A stretch of DNA of 64,000 bases, taken from assembly GCA_963637655.1 (NCBI GenBank), contig CAVHOL010000004.1, forward strand, positions 2,586 through 66,585, given 5' to 3'. This stretch comes from a bacterium (GTDB taxonomy: Bacteria > Bacteroidota > Bacteroidia > Bacteroidales > Bacteroidaceae). Below are positions 10,525 through 20,229 of the stretch, one piece after another. The notes under the pieces were generated by a model. It did not search any database, was not told the DNA's origin, and saw only the letters and a program-made list of their open reading frames with translations. The position numbers were made by a program, and so were the translations under genes. Numbering within the stretch: position 1 is the first letter of the stretch; every line of letters begins with the position of its first letter.

Positions 10525-12714
10525 TTATCTGATGAACAGCAGTTCACGATACTTGGGCAGCGTCCAAAGTTCGTCGGCCACTACCAACTCGAGCTTGTCG
10601 ATCTGATAGCGTATCTCCTCCATCTTCGGAGCCACGGTGTCGTGGTAGGCGATGGCCTTGAGGTGCTCGTCCTCAATCTTGTTGGCCACCTTGCGGGCAT
10701 TGACGAGCTCTTCGACACCCGACTCGATGAGCTGGGTACGCTCGGCAATCTCGGTGATGATCTTCTTGTTGCGCGATGTCAGCTTGTCGGCAGCCTCTGC
10801 GGGGAAGATATCGTACATGCTCTGCACGTTCTTGGCCAGCTGGCTCTGATAGTGGGTGCAGACAGGGATGATATGGTTCATCGAAAGGTCGCCGAACACA
10901 CGGGCCTCGATCTGTATCTTCTTGGTGTAGGTCTCCCACTTCACCTCGTTGCGGGCCTCAAGCTCCTTGCTGCTCATCACGCCCTGGCCTTCAAACATCT
11001 TCACGCTGTCCTCGTCGAGGTAGCGTTCGAAGATCTTCGGGCAGGAAGTCTCGCAGTCGAGCCCGCGCTTCTTGGCCTCTTCCACCCATTCGTCGGAATA
11101 GCCGTTGCCTTCGAAGTGTACGGGGCGGCAGAACTTGGCGTCCTCGCGTACCACGTCGAGGATGGCGCTGATCTTGTCTTCGCCGCTTTCGATGAGTGCG
11201 TCAACACGCTTCTTGAAGTCCTGCAAAGCCTCGGCTACAGCCGTATTGAGCACGATCATGGCACTGGCGCAGTTGGCCTCTGAACCTACGGCACGGAATT
11301 CGAAACGGTTGCCCGTGAAAGCGAAGGGAGAGGTACGGTTGCGGTCGGTATTGTCGATGAGCAGTTCGGGAATCTCGGGGATGTCCAGTTTCATACCCTG
11401 CTTGCCGGCCACATTGAACAGCTCGTTCTTGTCAGAGTTCTCGATATGCTCGAGTATCTCGGTGAGCTGGTGTCCGAGGAACGAGGAGATGATAGCTGGA
11501 GGTGCCTCGTTGGCGCCCAGACGATGGGCGTTGGTAGCGCTCATGATGCTGGCCTTGAGCAGACCGTTGTGCTTGTATACACCCATCAGTGTCTCGACGA
11601 TGAAGACAATGAAGCGCAGGTTGTCCTCAGGAGTCTTGCCGGGACCGTGGAGCAGCACGCCCGTGTCGGTAGAAAGGCTCCAGTTGTTGTGCTTGCCGGA
11701 ACCGTTGATGCCGGCGAAAGGCTTTTCGTGCAGAAGCACGCGGAAACCGTGACGGCGCGCGATCTTCTTCATCAGCGACATCAGAAGCATGTTGTGGTCT
11801 ACAGCGAGATTGGTCTCCTCGAAGATAGGAGCAAGCTCAAACTGGTTGGGGGCCACCTCGTTGTGACGGGTCTTGCAGGGGATGCCCAGCTCGAGAGCCT
11901 GTATTTCGAGATCCTTCATGAAAGCCTGCACACGCTCGGGAATGGTACCGAAGTAGTGGTCGTCCATCTGCTGGTTCTTGGCAGAGTCGTGTCCCATCAG
12001 CGTGCGTCCGGTCAGCATCAGGTCAGGACGGGCAGAGTAGAGCCCCTCGTCGACGAGGAAGTACTCCTGTTCCCAACCGAGGTTGGAAACCACCTTCTTG
12101 ACATCGGGATAGAAATAGTGGCAAACATCGGTTGCGGCAACGTTGACAGCGTGCAGTGCGCGGAGCAAAGGAGCCTTGTAGTCAAGGGCCTCACCAGTAT
12201 ACGAGATGAAGATGGTAGGGATACAGAGCGTATCGTCGATGATGAACACAGGCGATGTGGGATCCCAAGCCGAGTAGCCGCGGGCCTCGAAAGTGTTGCG
12301 GATACCGCCATTGGGGAACGAGCTGGCGTCCGGTTCCTGCTGCATGAGCAGTTTGCCGGAGAACTCCTCGATCATGCCGCCCTTACCGTCATGCTCGATG
12401 AAGGCATCGTGCTTCTCGGCAGTACCTTCGGTGAGGGGCTGGAACCAGTGCGTATAGTGGGTCACGCCATTTTCGTCGGCCCACTGCTTCATGCCTTTTG
12501 CCACAGCGTCGGCGATGGAGCGGTCGAGACGGGTACCGTTGTCGATCACGTCGATGAGCTTCTCATAGACGTCACGGGGCAGGTACTTGTACATCTTAGC
12601 ACGGTTGAATACATTTTTACCGAAGTACTCCGACGGTCTTTCGATCGGAGTGATCACTTCCAAAGGTTTTTTCTTGAAAGCGTCTGCTACAACTTCAAAC
12701 CTTAAATTTGCCAT
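10525..12714 (-). CDS. glnN: glutamine synthetase type III
   Basis: 729 aa, with the size and sequence of GS III (MANLRFEVVADAFKKKPLEV...). Confidence 0.95.
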   Translation of the reverse strand: MANLRFEVVADAFKKKPLEVITPIERPSEYFGKNVFNRAKMYKYLPRDVYEKLIDVIDNGTRLDRSIADAVAKGMKQWADENGVTHYTHWFQPLTEGTAEKHDAFIEHDGKGGMIEEFSGKLLMQQEPDASSFPNGGIRNTFEARGYSAWDPTSPVFIIDDTLCIPTIFISYTGEALDYKAPLLRALHAVNVAATDVCHYFYPDVKKVVSNLGWEQEYFLVDEGLYSARPDLMLTGRTLMGHDSAKNQQMDDHYFGTIPERVQAFMKDLEIQALELGIPCKTRHNEVAPNQFELAPIFEETNLAVDHNMLLMSLMKKIARRHGFRVLLHEKPFAGINGSGKHNNWSLSTDTGVLLHGPGKTPEDNLRFIVFIVETLMGVYKHNGLLKASIMSATNAHRLGANEAPPAIISSFLGHQLTEILEHIENSDKNELFNVAGKQGMKLDIPEIPELLIDNTDRNRTSPFAFTGNRFEFRAVGSEANCASAMIVLNTAVAEALQDFKKRVDALIESGEDKISAILDVVREDAKFCRPVHFEGNGYSDEWVEEAKKRGLDCETSCPKIFERYLDEDSVKMFEGQGVMSSKELEARNEVKWETYTKKIQIEARVFGDLSMNHIIPVCTHYQSQLAKNVQSMYDIFPAEAADKLTSRNKKIITEIAERTQLIESGVEELVNARKVANKIEDEHLKAIAYHDTVAPKMEEIRYQIDKLELVVADELWTLPKYRELLFIR

Positions 12715-12779
12715 TGTTATTTAGTATCTAATGTTGATTGTTATTATTCTTGTTGTCTGTTGTCCATGCGGGGAGAAGG

Positions 12780-14015
12780 TCATTTCTTCAGCCAGTCTGC
12801 TATACGGGCCATGGCTTCCTCGCAGTCTTCACGGTTGCCGAAGGCAGTGAGACGGATGTAGCCCTCGCCGCTGGGTCCGAAGCCGACTCCGGGGGTACAT
12901 ACGACACCCGCTCCGTAGAGCATCTGCTCGAAGAATTTCCAGCTCTCCACGCCACCGGGGGTCTTCACCCACAGATAGGGGGCGTTCTTTCCGCCGTATA
13001 CGCTGAGTCCGAGCTGGGTCAGGGCCTCGTACATGATCTCGGCATTGCCCATATAGTAGTCTATGGTCTGCTTGATCTGCTCTTTGCCTTCAGGCGTGTA
13101 GATGGCCTCGGCCGCACGCTGGGAGATATAGCTTGTACCGTTGAACTTGGTGCTTTGGCGACGGTCCCAAAGATGGTTGAGCTCCACACGCTGCTTGCCG
13201 TCGATGGTCACGGCCGTCAGCTCTTTCGGGATGATGGTATAACCGCAGCGGACGCCAGTGAAACCGGCCGTCTTGGAATAGCTGTGGAATTCGATGGCAC
13301 ACTTTCTTGCACCTTTGATTTCATAGATGGAGTGCGGCACATCGTCCTCGCGGATATAGGCTTCATAGGCAGCATCGTAGAGGATGAGGGTATCGTTCTT
13401 CAGCGCGTAGTTCACCCACTTGCGCAGTTCGTCTTTCGACAACACCGTACCCGTCGGGTTGTTGGGGTAGCACAGATAGATCATGTCTACGCGATGGTCG
13501 GGTATCTTGGGCGTGAAATTGTTTTCTGCCGTGCAGGGCATGTAGGTCACATTGCTCCATTTGCCGCCTTCGAGCGTTCCGGCGCGTCCGCACATCACGT
13601 TGGAGTCGATGTACACGGGGTAGATGGGATCGGTCACGCCGACACTGTTGTCCCATCTTACGATCTCGCCGATATTGCCCGTATCGCTCTTGGCACCGTC
13701 GTTGACAAACACTTCATTGGGATCGACATGCACTCCACGGGGAGCGAAGTCGTTTTTCACGATGGCCTCGCGCAGAAAGTCATAGCCGCGCTCGGGTCCG
13801 TAGCCGCGGAAGGTCGCCTTGACCGCCATCTCGTCGACAGCCTTGTGCATGGCCTCAATGACTGCGGGACAGAGCGGCTGCGTGACATCGCCAATGCCAA
13901 GACTGATCACGCGTACTCCGGGATGTGCCACCTTGAAGGCGTTCACCTTCTTGGCTATATCTGCAAACAGGTAATTGTTTGACAGCTTCAGATAGTGTTC
14001 GTTTACTAATGCCAT
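12780..14015 (-). CDS. dapL: LL-diaminopimelate aminotransferase
   Basis: 411 aa, MALVNEHYLKLSNNYLFADIAKKVNAFK..., the characteristic DapL N-terminus on an aminotransferase class I/II fold. Confidence 0.92.
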   Translation of the reverse strand: MALVNEHYLKLSNNYLFADIAKKVNAFKVAHPGVRVISLGIGDVTQPLCPAVIEAMHKAVDEMAVKATFRGYGPERGYDFLREAIVKNDFAPRGVHVDPNEVFVNDGAKSDTGNIGEIVRWDNSVGVTDPIYPVYIDSNVMCGRAGTLEGGKWSNVTYMPCTAENNFTPKIPDHRVDMIYLCYPNNPTGTVLSKDELRKWVNYALKNDTLILYDAAYEAYIREDDVPHSIYEIKGARKCAIEFHSYSKTAGFTGVRCGYTIIPKELTAVTIDGKQRVELNHLWDRRQSTKFNGTSYISQRAAEAIYTPEGKEQIKQTIDYYMGNAEIMYEALTQLGLSVYGGKNAPYLWVKTPGGVESWKFFEQMLYGAGVVCTPGVGFGPSGEGYIRLTAFGNREDCEEAMARIADWLKK

Positions 14016-14080
14016 TTTTCTTTGGGAAAATATTGTCTTTTATATGATTGTTGTCCTGATTATATAAATGGAGGAGACCC

Positions 14081-14923
14081 TTACAATGCTATCTCCCCAT
14101 CAAAGACGAATGCCGCCGGTCCCGTCATGTAGACGTGTCCGTCGGCATCCTTCCATTCTATGTCAAGTATTCCTCCATCCATTGCGATGCGGCTTTTTCG
14201 CGTGCTGCGTCGGGTATGGGCCGCTGCCACTGCGGTGGCACAGGCGCCCGTACCGCAGGCCATGGTGATGCCGCTGCCCCGTTCCCAGACACGGGTACGG
14301 ATTTCGCCGGTGGGCATGACCTGCGCAAACTCTATGTTGCACCGTTGGGGGAAGGCTGCGTCGCGCTCCAGTACACGGCCGAAGTGCGCAATGTCTATCG
14401 TATCGATATCGTCTACGAAGGTGACGAAATGCGGATTGCCCATGCAGACGTATGTACCTTCGAACGTGCGTCCGTGTGCCACGAGCACACCGCCGCAAGA
14501 CTCATCGTACTGTTCTGCATTGTGGAGCGACGGTTCGAGCATGTCTACGGTGACGCTTGACACCTGTCCGTCGGCCTCGACGTGCAAGCGGAGGACCTTG
14601 ACCCCGGAAAGGGTCTCGAGACGGATTTCCGTCTTGTCGGTCAGATGGCGTTCATAGAGATACTTGCCGATGCAGCGCGATGCATTGCCGCACATCATGG
14701 CTTCAGAACCGTCGGCATTGAAGATACGCATCGAGAAGTCAGCATCACATCCCTTCGAGGGCGCGCCGATCAGCACCAGCCCGTCACTGCCGACGCCCGT
14801 ATGGTAGGCGCTCCACTTGACGGCCGCTGACGATGGGTCGGGTATACTATATAATAATGTGTTGACGTAGATGTAATCATTGCCTGCGCCGTGCATCTTG
14901 GTAAACCCTATCATGCGTGCCAT
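14081..14923 (-). CDS. dapF: diaminopimelate epimerase
   Basis: 280 aa with the [14 protein letters not shown] motif and two catalytic Cys regions ([17 protein letters not shown]). Confidence 0.93.
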   Translation of the reverse strand: MARMIGFTKMHGAGNDYIYVNTLLYSIPDPSSAAVKWSAYHTGVGSDGLVLIGAPSKGCDADFSMRIFNADGSEAMMCGNASRCIGKYLYERHLTDKTEIRLETLSGVKVLRLHVEADGQVSSVTVDMLEPSLHNAEQYDESCGGVLVAHGRTFEGTYVCMGNPHFVTFVDDIDTIDIAHFGRVLERDAAFPQRCNIEFAQVMPTGEIRTRVWERGSGITMACGTGACATAVAAAHTRRSTRKSRIAMDGGILDIEWKDADGHVYMTGPAAFVFDGEIAL

Positions 14924-15179
14924 TTTGACTTTCTCTTATTCGTTCCTTAAAACAATTCGTTGTTATACGCTGCAAAAGTAACACTTTTTGCGAAATATTA
15001 CAATATATTCCTTGCAATAATCTTGTCTAAAATTTGTTAAGTTGCAATATGACAACAAAATCACGATCGTACTTTCAAATCGAAACGTTTTTCACAAGAC
15101 TAAATTACAAAACAAAAGGTGTGAAAATTTTATTAAAACAGAATGTATATTTCATGGTTATTTAATTTGCATTTTGTAT

Positions 15180-15187
15180 TACTTTTG
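15180..15187 (+). promoter_or_regulatory. candidate -7 box TACTTTTG for the PII-amt operon
   Basis: Matches TAnnTTTG, about 60 nt upstream of the ATG at 15249, inside a 325-bp AT-rich divergent control region. Confidence 0.4.
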
Positions 15188-15248
15188 CAGTGGATAACAA
15201 ACATATTGACACTAAAACATTGAAACAACAAATACAAAAGAGGTAAGT

Positions 15249-15605
15249 ATGAAGAAAATTGAAGCCATCATCCGAAAGTCACGTTTCGAGGATGTGAAGG
15301 CTGCCCTGCTGACAGCCGACATCGAATGGTTCTCCTACTACGACGTACGCGGCGTAGGAAAGTCGCGGCAGGGCCGCATCTACAGAGGTGTGGTCTACGA
15401 CACCAGTTCCATAGAGCGCATACTGATATCGCTCGTTGTCAGAGACAAAAACGTGGAGCGCGCCGTCAACGCCATCCTCAAGGCTGCACACACCGGCGAG
15501 ATCGGCGACGGACGCATCTTTGTCATCCCCATAGAGGATGCCATACGCATCAGAACCGGCGAACGCGGCGACATCGCCCTCTACAACGCCGAGCAGGAAA
15601 AGTAG
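15249..15605 (+). CDS. glnK: P-II family nitrogen regulator
   Basis: 118 aa, MKKIEAIIRKSRFEDVKAAL..., immediately upstream of an ammonium transporter gene. Confidence 0.9.
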   Translation: MKKIEAIIRKSRFEDVKAALLTADIEWFSYYDVRGVGKSRQGRIYRGVVYDTSSIERILISLVVRDKNVERAVNAILKAAHTGEIGDGRIFVIPIEDAIRIRTGERGDIALYNAEQEK

Positions 15606-15660
15606 CCCGCCCCAATCGCAACAGGTAAAACATGACAGGTAAAAAGAAACAATTCAGGAT

Positions 15661-16932
15661 ATGACAGCAACACTTCTTACAGCCACCGCCCTCAACACGG
15701 GCAACACGGCATGGATGATTACGGCCACCATTCTCGTACTCCTCATGAGCATACCGGGCATCGCCCTCTTCTACGGCGGACTGGTACGGCAGAAAAACGT
15801 ACTGAGCATCATCATGCAGACCATGCTCATCGTGGGCGTGGTAAGCATCCTTTGGGTAGCCGTCGGCTACTCGTGGGCCTTCGACACGAGCTTCAAGGAC
15901 AGCGGCAACCCGCTTTGGGCCGTCATGGGAGGCACCGGCAAGATGTTCCTCCACGGCATCGCTCCCGACACGCTCACCGACACCGGCATACCGGAACTGA
16001 CCTTCGTCATGTTCCAGTGTATGTTTGCCCTGATCACACCAGCCCTCATCCTCGGCGCATTCGCAGAGCGCATCAAGTTCAAGGGATATATGGTATTCAC
16101 CGTACTGTGGGTCATCATCGCCTACTTCCCGATGGCCCACTGGGTATGGGGCGGCGGATTTCTCCAGCAGATGGGCGCCATCGACTTTGCAGGCGGAACG
16201 GTGGTACACATCAACGCCGGCATCTCGGCGCTTGTCATGGCCGTGCTCATCGGCCAGCGCGAGACCTACCAGGCCGGACACCCGATACTGCCGCACAACA
16301 TCACGTTCGTCTTCATGGGCACCTCGTTTCTCTGGCTGGGATGGTTCGGCTTCAATGCCGGTAGCGGACTGGCCGCTGACGGACTGGCTGCCAACGCCTT
16401 TCTCGTGACCCATATCGCCACCGCCACCGCCGCCGTGACCTGGATGGTCATCGACTGGATATACAACGACAAGCCGACCACCGTCGGCGCATGCACAGGC
16501 GCCGTCGCCGGCCTTGTAGCCATCACGCCCGCAGCCGGCTCCACCGACCTGCTCGGCGCATTCGTCATCGGCATTGTCACACCGATCGTCTGCTTCTTCA
16601 TGGTAGCCACCGTCAAGCGGAAATTCCACTACGACGACGCACTCGACGCCTTCGGCGTACACGGCATGGGCGGCATCATCGGATCGGTACTCACCGGCGT
16701 CTTCGCCACGCGTTTCGTCACCGGAGCAGACGGTGCACAGGGTGCGCTCTACGGCGACTGGCACCAACTGTGGATACAGGTCTTCGCCACACTGCTGACC
16801 ATCGTCTTCAGCGCCGTCGTGACGTTCATCCTCTACAAACTGGTCGACAAGACCATCGGCATCCGCGTAGACAAGCGCGTTGAGGAAGAAGGACTCGACG
16901 TATACGAGCACGGCGAGTCGGCCTACAACTAA
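15661..16932 (+). CDS. amtB: ammonium transporter
   Basis: 423 aa polytopic protein with Amt motifs (DFAGGTVVHINAG, AFGVHGMGGIIG). Confidence 0.95.
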   Translation: MTATLLTATALNTGNTAWMITATILVLLMSIPGIALFYGGLVRQKNVLSIIMQTMLIVGVVSILWVAVGYSWAFDTSFKDSGNPLWAVMGGTGKMFLHGIAPDTLTDTGIPELTFVMFQCMFALITPALILGAFAERIKFKGYMVFTVLWVIIAYFPMAHWVWGGGFLQQMGAIDFAGGTVVHINAGISALVMAVLIGQRETYQAGHPILPHNITFVFMGTSFLWLGWFGFNAGSGLAADGLAANAFLVTHIATATAAVTWMVIDWIYNDKPTTVGACTGAVAGLVAITPAAGSTDLLGAFVIGIVTPIVCFFMVATVKRKFHYDDALDAFGVHGMGGIIGSVLTGVFATRFVTGADGAQGALYGDWHQLWIQVFATLLTIVFSAVVTFILYKLVDKTIGIRVDKRVEEEGLDVYEHGESAYN

Positions 16933-16937
16933 CGGAA

Positions 16938-17129
16938 GGCGGGGTCTAAAAATTACCTTTGATGGATTTTTGAAATTTTTCCGAGCGGATTTTTCTGTCT
17001 TTCTGAAGGAGCATAGCGCGCTATGCGACTGAAGAAGGACGAAAAAGACACCGGATAAAATCAAAAAGACACAAAGAGCATACCCGTCAAAATAGAATTT
17101 AATAATGCGTGGAATTTTTAGAACACGCC
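16938..17129. repeat. MITE-like hairpin element, copy B (192 bp), inverted relative to copy A
   Basis: It has the same terminal inverted repeats (GGCGGGGTCTAAAAATT ... AATTTTTAGAACACGCC) and the same 50-bp core as copy A, plus a roughly 110-bp internal insertion. Confidence 0.6.
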
Positions 17130-17232
17130 GGAATACTTCACCTATACGTTCTATACGTAGTTTCATACAATCAACCTTTTCGACACCATGATGGGGGCGC
17201 GGACTCGCGAGGAGTTCACGCCCTTTATTTAT

Positions 17233-17260
17233 GGCGTGTCCTAATTTTTTAAAACCCGCC
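17233..17260. repeat. 28-bp minimal palindrome resembling the paired termini of the MITE-like element
   Basis: The sequence is ggcgtgtcctaattttttaaaacccgcc, the two terminal motifs with almost no interior. Confidence 0.4.
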
Positions 17261-17284
17261 TTATGCCTGATACTATACAGCCAT

Positions 17285-17392
17285 CGTACAAAAGGATTAT
17301 ACGAGCCGTACAAAGGCTTTGTAGCGTCACTACAAGGCCTTTGTAGCGACCGTACAAGGCCCTTGTAGCAACCGTACAAGGCCTTTGTACTA
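17285..17392. repeat. array of five tandem 21-22 bp units, each an internal palindrome (consensus accGTACAAGGCCTTTGTAgcg)
   Basis: Units lie at 17285-17305, 17306-17326, 17327-17348, 17349-17370 and 17371-17392. There are no spacers. Confidence 0.75.
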
Positions 17393-17531
17393 AAACGCTT
17401 CGGCATCAAGCACAATTTTCGGCCATAAAAAGAGAAAAAACAAACCAAAAGATATTCCAAACCACACAAATTCACGATCCGGCTCCGTCCAATATTTTCG
17501 ACAAACATTTGGTACTATCCTACAAAAGATA

Positions 17532-17539
17532 TACCTTTG
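17532..17539 (+). promoter_or_regulatory. candidate -7 box TACCTTTG for the thiamine operon
   Basis: Matches TAnnTTTG, about 20 nt upstream of the riboswitch core. Confidence 0.5.
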
Positions 17540-17554
17540 CATCCGATTTGCAGA

Positions 17555-17640
17555 GTGCAAGTCAGGGGTGGCGGAGATTGTCCGTCTGAGATTATACCCT
17601 CTGAGCTGATCCGGATAATGCCGGCGTAGCGAAAAAGGCA
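17555..17640 (+). promoter_or_regulatory. TPP (THI-box) riboswitch
   Basis: The sequence CAGGGGTG...CTGAGA..ACCC...CTGATCCGGATAATGCCGGCGTAGCGAA matches the conserved TPP aptamer core, and thiamine uptake and salvage genes lie downstream. Confidence 0.85.
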
Positions 17641-17691
17641 GAACAGGATGCGTACCCCCTATTTGTATACTTATAAAATAGGTAAAAAGAA

Positions 17692-19989
17692 ATGAACAGA
17701 CTTTTTGGGACAGTGTTGGCTGCAGCCTGTGGACTGACAGGCCAGTTGACTTATGCCCAGGAGAAACTCGACACCGCCAAGGTGCAGCACATCAGCGAAG
17801 TAGTGGTCAAGGCCGTCAGAGCCACAAAGACCTCACCCTTTGCGGTAGCGAACATCAAAAGATCAGAACTCAAGGACTTCGGCACGACCGGCAAGGAACT
17901 GCCTTTCCTCTTTGCCCGCACTCCGGGCGTACTCGCATGGAGCGAGAACGGCCTCGGAAGCGGCACCGCCTATATGCGCATGCGCGGTGCTGCAGGCAGC
18001 CGCATCAACGTGACGCTCGACGGCGTGGCACTCAACTCGCCTGAAGACCAGACCGTATTCTGGGCCAACATGAACAGTTACGCATCCCTTCTCGGCAGCG
18101 TACAGATACAGCGCGGCGTAGGTACGTCCACCAATGGCGACGGCGCCTTCGGCGGAAGCATCTCACTGGCCACCGCCGCCCCCTCCACAAAACCCTTCCT
18201 TGAACTGACCGGTTCGTACGGCAGCTACAACACCTACAACACGGGAGCCAGCTTCTCCACCGGACTGCTCTTCGACCACCTCATCTTCGACGGTGCCTAC
18301 CACGAAACCGCTACCGACGGCTTTGTCGACGGCACACGCGGACGTTCCGGTTCGTACTACGGCGGACTGACCTGGCTGGGCCGCAACTTCCAGATACGCT
18401 ACAAGAACGTGGGCAACTTCGAGAAGACCGGACAGGCATGGAACTATATCAGCGGACCCACCGGCACCGAGACCTACCGCCAGATATGGGACATGGGCCT
18501 GGGACGCAGCAACACGCTGATCGGCAGCTACGACCTGCAGAACGGCAAGTACGTGCTCACCCCCTACACCTACCGCAACGGCAACAAGTGGGACCGTACC
18601 ACCGACAACTTCTACCAGAACCACAATATCCTCTCCTTCGCATGGCAGCCCTCCGAGCACTGGAGCCACAACCTGGCCCTGCACTACACCTACGGATACG
18701 GCTACTACAAGGACTTCCGCCACAACAAGAGCCTCGCCAGCAAGTTCGGCATCAACGAGTACAACGAGAAGGGCAAGGAGATCAAGACCGACGAGGTACG
18801 CCGCAAAGGTCTGACGCAGAATGCCTACGGCCTGGTGTACAACGTCAACTACAAGGATGAGCACTGGGACATCATCGGCGGTGTCAACCTCCAGCAGTTC
18901 CGCGGCAACCACTGGGGCTACCTCGACTACATCGGCGACGAGACGCTCGAGAAGAAATACCTCGCCAACGGCGCCTACAAGTACTACGACTCCGACGCCC
19001 ACAAGGACGACTACAGCGGATTTGTCAAGACCACCTATACCTTCCTCACCCACTGGAACGTCTTCGCCGACCTGCAGTACCGCTACGTGAAGTACAAGAC
19101 CGACGGATACAACGACCGTTTCGTCTACACGAAGGAGAAAGGCTATATATCTCAGCCGCTCAACATCAACGACGATTTCGGCTTCTTCAACCCCAAAGCC
19201 GGCATCAGCTACACCAACGGCGGCCACAAGGCCTACGCATCGGCAGCCCTGAGCCACCGCGAGCCCGAGCGCAACAACTACACCGACAACTACAACTACC
19301 CGTACCCGAAGGCTGAAAGCGTGGTCGACGTGGAGGCCGGCTACCAATTCCAGGGCAGCAACTGGCACGCCGGAGCCAACTTCTACTACATGGACTACGA
19401 CAACCAGATCGCCCAGACCGGACAGCTCAGCGACATCGGCGAAGCCCTGACCACCAACATCAAGAAGTCGTACCGTATGGGTGTCGAACTGACTGCCGGA
19501 TGGTCGCCCCTCTCATGGCTGAACATCGAAGGCAACGCCGCCCTCAGCAAGAACAAGATCAAGGACTTCGACGAGTACGTCTCCGGCGACGACGCCATGG
19601 TCGTCAACCACTACAGCGAGTCGACCCTCGCCTACTCGCCCAGCGCCATCCTCAACGGATTTGTAGACTTCCACTACGCCGGCTTCAGCGCCACATGGCA
19701 CACCAACTATGTTAGTCGCCAGTACATAGACAACTCCCAAAGCAAAGAGCGCTCCCTGACCTGCTACTCGCAGAGCGACCTCAGCCTCAAGTACGAGAGC
19801 GACGTCACCCGTGCCGCAGGCATCAAGCACATCACGCTGGGATTTGACTTCAACAACATCTTCTCGCGCCACTATGCCGCCTGCGCCTACGACTACGGAT
19901 ACTACTCCAAGGGCAAGCGCTACTCCTATCTGGCCTACGTTCCGATGGCCGGCTTCAACGTGATGGGACACCTCACGCTGCGGTTCTAA
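17692..19989 (+). CDS. TonB-dependent outer membrane receptor (thiamine-associated, riboswitch controlled)
   Basis: 765 aa with a signal peptide, a plug domain (VVVKAVRATKTSPFAVANI..., NVTLDGVALNSPEDQ) and a C-terminal beta-barrel ending in F. Confidence 0.9.
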   Translation: MNRLFGTVLAAACGLTGQLTYAQEKLDTAKVQHISEVVVKAVRATKTSPFAVANIKRSELKDFGTTGKELPFLFARTPGVLAWSENGLGSGTAYMRMRGAAGSRINVTLDGVALNSPEDQTVFWANMNSYASLLGSVQIQRGVGTSTNGDGAFGGSISLATAAPSTKPFLELTGSYGSYNTYNTGASFSTGLLFDHLIFDGAYHETATDGFVDGTRGRSGSYYGGLTWLGRNFQIRYKNVGNFEKTGQAWNYISGPTGTETYRQIWDMGLGRSNTLIGSYDLQNGKYVLTPYTYRNGNKWDRTTDNFYQNHNILSFAWQPSEHWSHNLALHYTYGYGYYKDFRHNKSLASKFGINEYNEKGKEIKTDEVRRKGLTQNAYGLVYNVNYKDEHWDIIGGVNLQQFRGNHWGYLDYIGDETLEKKYLANGAYKYYDSDAHKDDYSGFVKTTYTFLTHWNVFADLQYRYVKYKTDGYNDRFVYTKEKGYISQPLNINDDFGFFNPKAGISYTNGGHKAYASAALSHREPERNNYTDNYNYPYPKAESVVDVEAGYQFQGSNWHAGANFYYMDYDNQIAQTGQLSDIGEALTTNIKKSYRMGVELTAGWSPLSWLNIEGNAALSKNKIKDFDEYVSGDDAMVVNHYSESTLAYSPSAILNGFVDFHYAGFSATWHTNYVSRQYIDNSQSKERSLTCYSQSDLSLKYESDVTRAAGIKHITLGFDFNNIFSRHYAACAYDYGYYSKGKRYSYLAYVPMAGFNVMGHLTLRF

Positions 19990-20061
19990 GTGACGGTTAA
20001 TAAATAAATTGGTACGATTTGTACATCGTCAAAATCGTACCAATTTATTTTTTACCGTCAC
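19990..20061 (+). terminator. 72-nt near-perfect palindrome (about 30-bp stem) between the receptor gene and pnuT
   Basis: gtgacggttaataaataaattggtacgattt / aaatcgtaccaatttattttttaccgtcac with an 11-nt loop and a T-rich 3' arm. Confidence 0.55.
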
Positions 20062-20229
20062 TAAACCTACAGCATCAAGACCTGACGGACAATAACGGGC
20101 CGCGCCTGCGGTCCTATACCGACATACAGACAGGAGGGAGTGGAAGCGACTGACCAAGACCGTCAGGCGCATCCGCTCCTTCTCTGCATACAGGCGGGGG
20201 CAAAAACTCCGCTGCAAACGACAAAGAAA

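Noticed and set aside
10370-17129. Composite transposon carrying the nitrogen assimilation genes.
   Set aside because: The flanking elements are only 83 and 192 bp, encode nothing, and no transposase is present. The enclosed genes are core metabolism with host-like composition.
17285-17392. Possible CRISPR array, given the regular short repeats.
   Set aside because: The units are 21-22 bp and directly abutting with no spacers, and no cas genes are nearby. I treat it as a tandem palindromic repeat instead.
15550-17508. 652-aa minus-strand ORF spanning amt and the repeat region.
   Set aside because: It is antisense to the ammonium transporter, whose motifs are unambiguous. It continues through the MITE-like element and the tandem repeats, and its Arg/Gly/Asp-rich sequence has no recognisable domain.
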